The notes beneath the pieces were generated by a model that saw nothing but the letters and a program-made list of their open reading frames with translations, made no database searches and was not told the DNA's origin. A stretch of 64,000 nt of DNA from Mytilus californianus (Eukaryota). Positions 1 through 11,870 of the stretch are shown in pieces. Position 1 is the first letter of the stretch. Every line of letters begins with the position of its first letter. The DNA is taken from the NCBI RefSeq assembly GCF_021869535.1, contig NW_026262745.1, forward strand, positions 43,462,001-43,526,000. The letters are read 5' to 3'. The translations under genes were made by a program, and so were the position numbers.

Positions 1-1994
1 GCTATAAATATCCACCACTTATCAGAACTTTAATCGAATGACACAAGTTAAATATCATTTAGTGGTCTGATACTTGTCGAATTGTGTTATCTACTTAGCT
101 CGCCCAATTACATGTACATGTATCAAGGTAATTGATATAGAATTTCTGTCAAAAATTATATGATAAGGAATACTTTGAAAATACTTAATAATATGTTGCC
201 CTCTTAATGTCTTTTGTTTATTTTTGTTGGTCGGGTGCTTTCAAGGGACATGGTGTGTCCATAACATAAAATCCAACCGAGCACCTAACAAAACTCACAG
301 CAAAGGAACAACACTTTTATTGCTGTTTAATTCTGAGGGTTTCATCAATGACGAAAAGCTTCACTTACTACTCATCCATATCACAATATATGAGAAACAA
401 GACTCCCCCTCTTTTTTTCTTTCCCTATGTACACACCTTCGTTTGAATGCCAAAGGCATACTTCAATAGCTATTGCATAATCTAGTTAATTAGGAATTTC
501 CTTGATTAAAGTTAAACTGTGTTTGAAACAAACAAGAGTGAAAGTATAATTTGAATTTTTATTTATATTTATTAAGATTGCATGTAGATCGACGTATTTA
601 AGTATGAAAATATGAAGGTACTAACCGCAACATGGTGATGTGCCATTCATTACCATAAAACAATTGTATTTATTGCCGGAAATCATAACAATACTTACTC
701 TTTTATGAATAGATAAATTTCTTCCGTGTTTAAATATGATATTGTCACATGACCAAATACGTCACTTACATGGTTAAGTGCACTAAAGATATGGTAGATA
801 ATTCATTGACAATTTCTATTTGAACTATTGAAGTATAGCGATTTAAAATCCTTTTAGTATCATAAGTATGTGTGTAAAATTACCGATGAAATAAATGTGC
901 TCCACGATTTGGACAGAAAATTTAACATTAATTTTGATATGTTACCGAAATTAGGTTTCTAAAAAAGTGAAACATAAAAATTCATCAATTGTACACATCC
1001 TCTTCCTTTTAAACATACACGTGACAGACAAGTTTTTCTGGGCTAATAAAGGGAGCACTGTTTATTTATGCTCAATCATAGATATAAAAGTCATGCGTCA
1101 AGTTTATTGCTAGATTTAAATATGATTGGAAAAGGATTTTTCTTCAATACTAAACGTACGAATTTGTCTTATTTTCAGGAAAACGCATGGCCTAAAACGA
1201 AAGAGATATAATATGTATATTTGTGTAGGTTTATAGCACACATAACGCTCTTGAAAGCTAACATTTTCTTCTTTTTGATTTGGAAAAGCAATTTGTATGT
1301 ACTTTTTCCAATTTAAATCTGGAATGCTTGACTTCACAAATATCAAATTGGTATCTTAGACAGATGCAAATACGTTTAAAATTGTGTATGAAAGTTGTTT
1401 AGTTTGCAATTGTGTTCAGAATTGTCCCTCTTTGCCCAGGGAAAATTGAAACATACGAGATATCGAACGATTTGTAAAAAGACAAAGACTCACAGAGCTA
1501 CTATAAAGATGATGCCGTGTATTAACAGATTGTTCTTGCGGAGTTTAGTTATCATGTGTTACATGTACATGTACCTTTAAACAAAGTAAATGAAAACATC
1601 AAAACATTGTGAACAATATTAAAATCCGCTTGATTTTTGTAATGTAATAATATTTGGTGTGTTTGCTTTTTTTTTATTAGAATAGATTTTATTTTAATTA
1701 TTAATATTGATAGTTTTATTTTTATTTATTTTTTTACATGTATAGTTTTCTTTGAAAAAAGATAATGTGTTGGTGTTTCCTGCAGCAGACATATGGGGTT
1801 AATACGGGAGTTAAAATTGTACGAATCTTTTTCTTTTTATGAACAAAATGATGTCAAATTATATTGGGCCACTACGAAATCTGACGGAGAAATGTTTTTG
1901 TGACCAAATCATTAAAAAAATAATTGTCAAAGAATTAACTTTTTACAATTAAGTGTTAACATGGTGAATAAATGAAAGTTTACACAAACTAGAA

Positions 1995-2230
1995 AACTAT
2001 GGAGTTAACCCTAAAACTAACAAATGGATTCTTTCTTTCCTCGAAAATAGAATGCAGAGCGTAATACTAGTATTAGAAAGAGCTGTCTCCTTACTATCTG
2101 TCTTTCCCCCAAGGCACAGTTCTTGGACCTCTATTGTTTCTAACCTACATAAATGACATACCAGAAACATGAACGTCATCTGAAACTATTTGTAGACGTT
2201 ATCCTTCTCTATAGTACTATCAAAAACCAG
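1995..2230 (+). mobile_element. Degenerate LINE (CR1-like) reverse transcriptase fragment
   Basis: Manual translation across frameshifts gives KWILSFLENRMQSV...(P)[18 protein letters not shown]...KLFVD, matching the non-LTR RT PQGSVLGPLLF..YIND..LFADD motifs. Confidence 0.65.
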
Positions 2231-2994
2231 GTAGGAAAAATTAGCATGATGTTCATGTTTGGGTTATTTTAACAACCAGCCACCGCATCAAACTAACTTG
2301 GATGTCGTAGTTCATTGCTTTATTCATTAATATTCTAGGTCTTCTTTCATACCGCAAAAAAATATTATTTTATTTAGGGAATAATATTTTTAAAACCATC
2401 CACCATGAGCATGATGAGCCTGGAGGTTGAATGGTATTTGTTTACGAACCAACGGCTATCCAATTTTAGTCTTAAAACTCTATTTTAGACCTTGTTACTG
2501 AATTTGTGTGTTACGGAGTTGAAGAGTATTCTTACGTTTCAACGTATTTATACATCCCTTTCAAATAATTAGGTTTGAGCGTTGCTGTTTAAGGTAAATG
2601 CAGAAATCGGCACTGTCAAAGTACTATACCTGTACCTGTGTCATCACCACCAATAAAGCCAACATTTAATATACCTTACATCTTTAACCCTATATTCTTT
2701 TAACCTAAAGTTAGGAATAAACATCGTTCCCTAGTTTGTTTTGGTATATAAAAGTTTAATCTAATAACAATAGAACATTTGCGTGCACTGATCGCTAAAA
2801 ATATTCAAAAGAAGAGTTTCGATACCGGAGTTCAGCAGCGGCCAAGATATATGATCAAAATAATTTTTTCAATTAAAGTAAAAAATAAGAAGATGTAGCA
2901 TAATTGCCAATGAGACAAATATCAAGCGGAGACCAAATGCCGTAGATGTAAGAATAACTTCCTAAGTATTAACTTGAAGAGTGACATCCTTTGT

Positions 2995-3211
2995 TTTTAT
3001 TGGTGGAGGAAGCCGGAGTGCCCGGAGAGAAACGCCGACCTTCGGTAGGAAAACTAACAATCCTAGTCAATTAGAAATGGAGTCGAACGCACCTGCCACG
3101 TGCGCAATTGGAACTCACAACCTCAGTGTTGAAAGGCTAAATTTAATGATACCGTAGTTCGACTACTGTTTTTGTTTTACTTTTTACTTAGACCACTCGG
3201 CCACAGAGGCC
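2995..3211 (-). mobile_element. tRNA-derived SINE (Meta/RUDI-like bivalve SINE)
   Basis: Reverse complement starts with an A-box-like ggccgagtggtcta, has a degenerate B box, and has the body ggtgcgttcgactcc...ctccgggcactccggcttcctccaccaataaaa. Same family as 32021-32290. Confidence 0.7.
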
Positions 3212-3409
3212 TCCTCCAATTGAACGAAAATGTTATCATTTGTATTACACCTCTGGTTCCGCATGCCACTCTCGTGTATATGAGAGGATCTAAATATGCT
3301 TTGCACGCGGAACCTGGTCCATATTCTCATCACTAGTCAATTATTGCAGAAATAATCTGGTTCCACGTGCAAGGCACATTTAAAATTAGAACAGAGTGAT
3401 GCATTTTTT

Positions 3410-3602
3410 AAATACCTGAACGTACAAGATTTATATTTATGAATGATGACCTTGTAGCGATGACAAAATTTAGTAAAAGTTTTGACAAGTTTGTGATATC
3501 AAAAAACTTGATGTAATGATTTTACAGTAATACAGAGATTTCTTTCGTTAAAATCAGATACGTTGTCACATACACGAGCAAATCGAACAAGTTGAGATAT
3601 AG
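3410..3602 (-). mobile_element. Naiad-type Penelope-like element RT fragment
   Basis: Translates ISQLVRFARVCDNVSDFNERNLCITVKSLHQVF*YHKLVKTFTKFCHRYK, which aligns by eye with the ORF at 35314-36246 (ISQLVRFARVCNNVLDFSARNLCITEKLLHQGFLYHKLVKTFTKFYHRYK). Confidence 0.8.
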
Positions 3603-3750
3603 ACAATAACTGTTTAGTGTCTTTAAATATCAGCTGTATTTGTACGAGGCTAAGAAACAGGTGTAATGCGAGCTTTAGCGAGCTATTACTCCTGTTTCGA
3701 GCCGAGTACAAATACAGCTGATATTTAAAGACACTAAACAGTAATTGTCT
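3601..3750. repeat. 150-bp near-perfect hairpin (MITE-like palindrome)
   Basis: agacaataactgtttagtgtctttaaatatcagctgtatttgtac (3601-3645) pairs with gtacaaatacagctgatatttaaagacactaaacagtaattgtct (3706-3750); the inner gaaacagg/cctgtttc and gtaat/attac also pair. Confidence 0.85.
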
Positions 3751-6114
3751 TTATCCTGCAATTAATTCTGTATATTGTTTGTGCTTTGAAAGACACAAAA
3801 ACTCACATTTTTTGCATTTATTTTCGATTTAAAATCCCTTGAGGCCCGTGTAGTAATATTAAAATCACACATTCAGCTGGAGACGGGTTCGCAAAAAAAG
3901 AATCTCGAATGGTCAACAATAATACATCGCTCAAAGTGAATAATTATCTATTTTAACATAAAAACTAATTTCAACAGTAAAAACAAATAACAAAACATTG
4001 TACAATTTGAAACAGAAGTGTACGAGTTGTCCTACGCTTCAGAATTTTGAACTGAACTTGACATTCACTTAACATGCATGCTGAAATTGACATGGTTGAT
4101 TTTGTTACACATGTACACATTCAAGTTTTGAAATCGATGATTGGCATCGTAGAAAATACTACTGTTCATGTTTGTCTGTTATTAGAAAATTCGTTTGATT
4201 CTTATTGCTTTAAAGATATGTTTGAAAACAAACAGAACGTATAAAAGTGATCGTTAGTTCGCATACGTCATTGGAATGCGACTGCAATACACATTCTGGG
4301 GTCACGCAGGTTCATACAACACTCGTCAACAGCAATACACAAATGTAGTCCGGCAGTGGGCGGAGCTTTAAAGCGATATCTGTATAGTATACAGATACAG
4401 CATAGCGATATCTGTAGGGCTGTATCTGTATAGTAAGACACCCAATTACAGGATAAATATATATAAACACCATACGATGATGCCAAGGGAACGTAATCAT
4501 CTGAAAGTTGATAATTAACAATTATAGCAAATGAAAAATCATCTTTTATCGTTAATTTTAGTATTTTACAAGCGTCCCGTTAGAGATATAGATATCAAGA
4601 TTTAGGAAAGTGTAGTGTTTATTGTTAGTATTAGCTTTATTTAAAGTAAGTTCATCAGGATAAATTTCTTTAGTGTACATACTGAAGTCGTCATTATTGT
4701 GTATAGCTAATGATTATTTGTGAATTATGAGTGTAGGCTTAAATTGAATTTTATTAGCTTCTTACTTATATGCCCAGTCTATATGTTTTTCGTTGTTCGA
4801 CCAATTGTGAATTAATTTATAAATAATTAATCTTTTTTTATGATTTTAATTTTACCTTTTCATAAAGCCAAATGAGTATATCAAGCAGCACATAATCATA
4901 ATTGGCAATGATTTGAAAAAAAAAGTACGAAAGTATGATTTTTTGTTTCAAACCTGTATAAAAGCAGAATATATAATTTTTCATTATTAGCAGTAAGTTT
5001 TGTTTAATTCAGTCAAAATAGGCTCAAAAACATTGCTGATGTATCATTTGCTTGCAAGTCAATAACGCAACATCATTATTTAACCTTTGTTTGAGATGTG
5101 TTGCATATTTGCTCAGTTCACGAAACGAGTGTCAGCTGAAAAGTGAAACAAGGACAGGCAGCAGCAGGACTCAGACAAGCCAGGAATACACACGAAATGG
5201 CGATACTTTATAACGATTCCAGACATTGTGTATTTATGGTGCTAGTCCTAAATTGTAGGCGGCCGGGGATCTATGAAGCAGGGGAAAACATTTCCCCCCT
5301 ATACATCGGGAAGAAATTTTCATAGACGGCCACCGGTCAAAATAAATATTTGTTCTATTCCTACAAACAAAGTAAAATACTAGCTGTTGTTATAAGGTCC
5401 TTTAGTTAGTTGTTTTAGCAATTTAGATTTAATTGATGTACAGGTAACTAAGTTAAAGAAAAAAAAAAACTCCTTTTTACTTATTTATGAAGACTTATGA
5501 TTATATTAATAATTGATAAAAAATGAATGCATTGCTGAGAATAAAATAGAAAATTAAATATGGAAATGTACTTTGAATTTATATAAAATTATATACCTCT
5601 ATGGAGTTATTTTCTTTCAGAACGATAGTTCTTTCTTTTAAAGAATCATCAACCCGGGCGATACCAAGTTTCAATGAATATGTGCTTCAAGGCATACATT
5701 AGTTTAATAAATCATTTAATTCATTTGATAGTGGTAAATTTTCCATTTAACATTTTAGGCAGAATCATTCCTTTCATCCGTTTACTATACTGACATATCA
5801 GAAAAAGTCTGGTCTACTTTTACAAATTGTGACTTGGATGGAGAGTTGTCTCATTGGCACTCATACCACATCTTCTTATATCTATTTAATCTTTAATCAC
5901 AATCAGAGTTTCTCTCTAGCCTCAAGAAGAGACACGTTTATTATGCCAGAAGAAGATTCTCTGTAGTCGAAACCAATGAATGAAAACCAGTTTTTGAAGT
6001 CGGAAGACGATATTGATACTACGACAGCTGATGCACTTTCCTTATTAATCTGTTCATTAAATAAGGCCCTACGACGAAAAAAAACAGTAAACGGCAAAAC
6101 TGCACCACAAGTAA

Positions 6115-6594
6115 GATATAGCCGGGTAAAATGGCGTTCCGGCTAAATGGAAATCAAGAAGGAATATTTCGCTCCTTCAACTTTATTTTAGCAGTCCGGC
6201 AAGACCGAACAACAAACTCAAAACTAAATGTAATGTCACATACAAACAATAACAATATATATAAGCACAAGCAATTAAAGGATTAAGAAGATTAACATAT
6301 GCCAAATAGAAATAACAATAGATTAGAAGAGTAATTAATGTCCGACACGTATAGGTAAATTATTGTCTAAACTGTTACAGAGAATAAATAATCAAATGAA
6401 TAGAGTAAATGAATTTAAGTCCTTTGTCCAAGATTATGACATATAATCCGTGTAAAACACTTATGCCTAAATTTACGACAAAGTTCAGAATAATAAAATA
6501 AATGCAAAACCTAAATATACATTAAAACAATTGAATAAATAAAATGTTGTTTAAAACTATTTTCACACTGCACAGTCCAAATAGTCCGGTCATA
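6115..6594 (-). repeat. 3' LTR-like direct repeat
   Basis: Matches 7543-8022 with 4 substitutions. Confidence 0.9.
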
Positions 6595-6635
6595 TATTCC
6601 CGCGGCCCTTGAAGACACGACCCGGGTCTTAATGT

Positions 6636-7463
6636 TCATCTAAAATTATGGTTCCGAAAGTTTCTTCTATGGTTGTGGCGTCCTCTGTAACGATAGTTTT
6701 GGTTTGGATGATTATCTTCTCTTGTATTATTTCGAAAATTATCTAATTCGTCTTCTAGTTTGGTGATTCGATCCCGCATATGCTCTTTGTCGCGTTGTAA
6801 TTGGTATTGCTGGTCGATTGCTTCACATCTTTGATCGTAAATCCGAAAATTAGCTTCTTCAAGATCAGTAATGCGTTCCCGTAATTTTTCCATATCTTTT
6901 TTATCATCTGCACCTTGTTTTTGAAGTTTTTCTAGATTGCTAACAACACTGGTATGCTTTTGATTTAACTCTTTAAACTTCTTCTCATAGTGTACACTTT
7001 TGATTTTAAATTTTACTCTCTCTGAATTCACTCGGTCGTGCCTGAGTCTAACGTTATCTATAAATTCCCTATTATAATCTAAGGTTGGAAAGAAGTCCAT
7101 CAGTTCAATAGTATTGAGTTCCGCACAAGGAAAAATTGACATAGCTTTCTGTTCTTTGAATTTTCTCATTCTTTCTGCGTCACGACGTAACTTGGATTTC
7201 GATTTAACCTTAACAACTTTCACGTCCGGTTGTCTGTGAAAATAACACATTCTGGCGTAATGTCCAAAACTTCTGCACTTATAGCAAAATGACGTTTTTG
7301 CTATACATTGTCTAAAATGAAATTGATTGTTCACAGTCTTTCCACAAAACTTACATAGGTAGTTGTCCATATGTTGAAAATTTCTTGTCTGAAAGGTAGT
7401 TCCATGATCAGACATCTGGTATCTGCAGTCTCGGCCAAAATTTCTGGTTCTCCGCGTATCCAT
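6636..7463 (-). CDS. Gag-like protein (275 aa): N-terminal CCHC zinc knuckles, long coiled coil, Arg/Asn-rich tail
   Basis: Intact ORF. CKFCGKTVNNQFHFRQC-IAKTSF-CYKCRSFGHYARMC is the double-knuckle arrangement of gypsy-type gag (second knuckle C-X2-C-X4-H-X4-C). Heptad-like charged region around aa 150-245; the C terminus is RYRGRHNHRRNFRNHNFR. Confidence 0.8.
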   Translation of the reverse strand: MDTRRTRNFGRDCRYQMSDHGTTFQTRNFQHMDNYLCKFCGKTVNNQFHFRQCIAKTSFCYKCRSFGHYARMCYFHRQPDVKVVKVKSKSKLRRDAERMRKFKEQKAMSIFPCAELNTIELMDFFPTLDYNREFIDNVRLRHDRVNSERVKFKIKSVHYEKKFKELNQKHTSVVSNLEKLQKQGADDKKDMEKLRERITDLEEANFRIYDQRCEAIDQQYQLQRDKEHMRDRITKLEDELDNFRNNTREDNHPNQNYRYRGRHNHRRNFRNHNFR

Positions 7464-7542
7464 TTTTCTGTTTGCTGGGGGGTCAGCTTCACAGGTAGAG
7501 TAAGGTATCCGAAAGATGCGTTGCCCGGATGTTCTTACACCA

Positions 7543-8022
7543 GATATAGCCGGGTAAAATGGCGTTCCGGCTAAATGGAAATCAAGAAGGAATATTCCGC
7601 TCCTTAAACTTTATTTTAGCAGTCCGGCAAGACCGAACAACAAACTCCAAACCAAATGTAATGTCACATACAAACAATAACAATATATATAAGCACAAGC
7701 AATTAAAGGATTAAGAAGATTAACATATGCCAAATAGAAATAACAATAGATTAGAAGAGTAATTAATGTCCGACACGTATAGGTAAATTATTGTCTAAAC
7801 TGTTACAGAGAATAAATAATCAAATGAATAGAGTAAATGAATTTAAGTCCTTTGTCCAAGATTATGACATATAATCCGTGTAAAACACTTATGCCTAAAT
7901 TTACGACAAAGTTCAGAATAATAAAATAAATGCAAAACCTAAATATACATTAAAACAATTGAATAAATAAAATGTTGTTTAAAACTATTTTCACACTGCA
8001 CAGTCCAAATAGTCCGGTCATA
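7543..8022 (-). repeat. 5' LTR-like direct repeat
   Basis: Matches 6115-6594; followed on the minus strand by a TGG-initiated PBS-like sequence. Confidence 0.9.
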
Positions 8023-9442
8023 AATATCTGATAACTATAATACAAGCAATAACGCCAGTGCTCAACCATCTGCAGTTGATTCTAGCCTTCGTCTCTTGAC
8101 TTTAAATAGATAGAAACTAAGATTCGGTTCAACACTGGCCGTATTTCAGCTTTGAGAAGGGTTGGACTTTTGATTAAGTTCGAGTCGAACAATACAGTTG
8201 ATACACAGTCAATTATCAAAACTTAAATTGACAATTTGAACCAGCGTAATAAGATTTTTAAAATCGCAGATCGCCGTGGTGAAATACAGTTCACGAATAT
8301 CTGGATGATTCTCTCGAAAATGTTTCTATTGGTGAAAGACGCAGTAATTACGTGTAGATTGTTAACAACTGAACAGTTTATGTAGAGCGGGTTGGTCCTA
8401 TCTAATCGAAAGCAGACTGTTTATTGTAATTTTACGTTCGTCACTTAATGCATACTGACAAAGTAAACGTTCATGCTATTTAGTGTTGTATTCATATAAT
8501 TATGTTCAGTTTTTTGGTTTTAGTGATTGCTTTATTTTTGCAGAATAAAGAAAGTGATGACACGGTAGTTTTCCGTCTTTTTAGAATAGATTCGTTGCCT
8601 TGTTCTCTGAAATCTAATTGTTAATTTTGTTTTTGGTCATGCTTATGTAGATTGTATATTGAACGGCTAAGACGTAGTACTACATTTTCCACCAATACCT
8701 ACCCAATTTACAGATATATGTATCACACAGGATTTTTTTCACGGATATTTATTAGTACGAACTTAAAGGGTCTTTACTCTATAATTGTATGCATGTTTCA
8801 TGTCAGCAGGTACTTTTTTAGCTTGCTTTTAGTAGATGGGAACTATCTTTATATATAGAATTACCAATAATTGTTGTGTGTGTACTTGTGTTAATGTACA
8901 CCATGTAACGGTTAGGAGTAATTGTTTTCCTGCACTGATATTGATTGCATGTTCCTTGCCTGCCTCTTTGTAAGTCAACTTATTGAAATTTAAAGGAGAT
9001 GTTAAAAATTACATAAAACTAGTTTTATAGTAATAACGCCAGATGTTCTTGTGACCTGGCTTGACCATAAACACAATAAGTGGTTGTCGTATGCCAAATG
9101 ATAAATGTTTTTGTTATTTGAAGACTTCGATGTAGATGGCAGATTTATTCACAATTGCTTAGACTAGTATCTTGCTTGACATACATGTATATAGACATCA
9201 ATACTGTATAATTACCACTAGATGGATCGTTAACGATTGAGTCGTTGGGTTGATGTCTCATTGGCGAGAATCCTACTTCTACTTTTATTCATACAATATG
9301 TATTTGTTTTTGAGGTTACGTTTGGGGGGGGGGGGGGGGGGGGTAAATGAATACGGCAAGTTTTTTTTGTACGTGTATACTTCACGCATATGACTAAGAA
9401 ATTAATTATCTGGCTTATATATGCATTGAAGCCTTAATAATC

Positions 9443-9897
9443 TATGGAACGCCATAGCTGTCTTATGTGTCTTTTTTATTGCTTTTCTATTATACGAAGA
9501 TGCTTTTCTATTATACGATGGTGGTTTTCTATTATACGAAGGAGGTTTTCTATTATACGAAGGTGCTTTTCTATTATACGAGGGTGGTTTTATATTATAC
9601 GAAGGTGCTTTTCTATTATACGATGGTGGTTTTCTATTATACGAAGGTGCTTTTCTATTATACTAAGGTGGTTTTCTATTATACGAAGGTGCTTTTCTAT
9701 TATACGATGGTGGTTTTCTATTATACGAAGGTGCTTTTCTATTATACGATGGTGCTTTTCTATTATACGATGGTGCTTTTGTATTATACGAAGGTGCTTT
9801 TCTATTATACGATGGTGCTTTTTTATTATAATAAGGTGCTTAATTATTATGTGATGGTGGTTCCCGTGATTAACCGGAAGTGTGGAGTTTATTTGAA
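9443..9897 (+). repeat. Left TIR containing a 21-bp tandem array (about 17 units, consensus GAAGGTGCTTTTCTATTATAC)
   Basis: Array at about 9482-9860; whole segment is the reverse complement of 15379-15857 and 14930-15378. Confidence 0.95.
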
Positions 9898-9997
9898 AAA
9901 GGGACGGACCAATTGCTAATGAAATACGAAAAAAAAAAAATCAAGAAAATCAATTAAGTCTTTAAAATGAAATAGTTAGTTCAACATTTTTTAAGTA

Positions 9998-11870
9998 GAT
10001 TTTGTACCGCTTAATGGAGTCAAAAAGCGAGACATAGGTATGCTGTTTCCGGCGGCGTCAACAATGTATTAGTTTGTGATTAGGTCTAGTTTATGGTGAA
10101 GCCCTAGTGATACGTTAAAGATATTTGGTATGCAGTTGTATTAGTATTGACATATCTCATTACCATGGAGATTATTGGCCATGCCCCCTCAGTTATGGTC
10201 TATTGACTCTGAAATTATTCCTAAGAATCATGTATTAGTTTGTGATTAGGTCAATTATTGGGGAACCAATAGTGGTAAGTTAATGATACTTGGTAAGGAG
10301 TTGTATATGCATTGGCATATCTTATTTCCATGGAGATTATTTGGCCCGTCCCCTCAGTCATTGTCTATTGACTGAATTTTTTGTTTAGTTTTTATGGAGC
10401 CTGCGACTTTTCACAGAAAGCTCGACATATGGATAGTGATCGGGCGGCGTTAGCTAACTTATTAAAAGCTTTATATTTTAGGTGGAAGACCTGCATGGAT
10501 TGTTCATACTTTGTATATAGATGCTCAATGATACTTAGTTTCCGTCTGTCACATGGCCTATGTTCTTAACCCAATTTTCATGGTTCAGTGACTGCTTGAA
10601 AAAAAAGTTATGATTTTTTGTAATGTTAATTTCTCTCTTATTATGAGTAATAGGATAACTTTATTTGGTATGTGCGTACCTTGTAAGGTCCTCATGCCAG
10701 TCAGACAGTTTTCACTTGACCTCAACCTCATTTCACGGATCAGTGAACAAGGTTAAGTTTTGGTGGTGAAGTCTTTATCACAGATACTTTAAGCAGTAGG
10801 TCCAGTATTTTTGGCGTATGGAATGATTGTAAGGTGTACATGTCCATCTGGCAGGTGTCATCTGACCTTGACCTCATTTTCATGGTTCAGTGGTTATAGT
10901 TAAGCTTTTGTGTTTTGGTTATTTTTTCTTATACTATAAGCAATAGGTCAACTATATTTAGTGTATGGAATAATTGTAAGGTGTACATGTATTTCTTGTT
11001 TGGTTTATATTACCTTGACCTGATTTTTATACTCATGTTTATGTGATAGTTAGGCTTTCTATTTAGGACTATCAACATATTATCAATGTTTAGTAAAGAA
11101 GGCGAGACATTTCAGTGTGTGCACTCTTCTCATGTATTAGTTTGTGATTAGGTCAGTTTATGGGGAACCACTAATGGTAAGTTAATGATAATAGGTATAC
11201 AGTTGTATACGCATTGGCATATGCCATTTCCATGGAGATTATTTGGCCCCGCCCCTCATTCATGGTCTATTGACTTTGAATTTTTTGCTTAATTTCAATG
11301 TATTTGTTTGTGATTAGGTCAGTTTATGGGGAACCACTAGTGGTAAGTTAATGACAATTGATATGCAGTTGTATAAGCATTGGCATATGTCATTTCCATG
11401 GAGATTATTTGGCCCCGCCCCTCAGTCATGGTCTATTGACTTAAACTTTTGCTTAGTTTTCATGCATTAGTTTGTGATTAGGTTGGTTTATCGGGAACCA
11501 CTAGTGGTAGGTCAATGATATTTGGTATGCAGTTGTCATAACATTTGTTCACCTCATTACCACAAAGATTATTTGACCTTGCTCCCTCAGTTATGGTTTA
11601 TTGACTTTGAAATTTTGCTTAGTTTACATGTATTAGTTTGTGTTTAATTTTGTTTAAAGGGAATTATGATAAGTCAATGGTATTTGGTATTAGCATTGGC
11701 ACATCTCATTTCCATGGAGATTGTTTAGCCATGTACCTTCAGCCATGGTTCATTGACTTTGAATATTTGCAAAACTTGCATGTTAAAGTGTTGCTATTTT
11801 AATTTCAACATATGCATTATAAAAATTACCAATAAGGGAGACATATCTCTATGATAACAGTTTATTTATT
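9998..11870 (+). mobile_element. HINE/pearl-like non-autonomous element with about 6 internal 165-bp tandem repeats
   Basis: Starts in a T-run with aagcgagacataggtatgctgtttccggcggcgtc. Units begin (c)atgtattagtttgtgattaggtc at about 10065, 10231, 11131, 11297, 11461 and 11627. Ends with gggagacatatctctatgataacagttt. This architecture is typical of bivalve Helentron-associated interspersed elements (family assignment is inference). Confidence 0.65.
10391..11128 (+). mobile_element. Second HINE-like element nested in the 165-bp array
   Basis: Interrupts unit 2 at a T-run, and the array resumes at 11131. Has its own tgaccttgacctcattttcatggttcagtg repeats and a terminal ggcgagacatttcagtgtgtgcactctt. 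Confidence 0.65.

Larger units (their letters stand above)
6115..8022 (-). mobile_element. Non-autonomous LTR retroelement (about 1.9 kb) with one ORF and no pol
   Basis: Two 480-bp direct repeats (6115-6594, 7543-8022; 4 substitutions seen). PBS-like TGGTGTAAGAAC immediately after the 5' repeat (7542->7531). Purine-rich AAGGGCCGCGGGAATA before the 3' repeat. AATAAA about 70 nt from the repeat end. Zinc-knuckle ORF between the repeats. No clear TSD and no TG..CA termini. Confidence 0.75.

Noticed and set aside
224-2000. Short ORFs at the start of the window (and most other 60-100-aa ORFs in the track)
   Set aside because: Low-complexity, AT-biased translations with no motifs or consistent splice context; expected by chance or derived from repeats.
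7371-7574. 67-aa plus-strand ORF
   Set aside because: Antisense to the zinc-knuckle ORF start and leader; no motif.
9324-9343. G20 homopolymer (also about 11977-11989 and 63493-63509) as a G-quadruplex element
   Set aside because: Simple poly-G runs recur in this kind of genome and show no specific context; homopolymer length is also unreliable in assemblies.
9444-9919. ORFs of 136 and 150 aa with heptad repeats (RRCFSII / KVLFYYT)
   Set aside because: By-product of a stop-free 21-bp tandem array that is open in several frames; it lies inside a TIR and there is no evidence of coding function.
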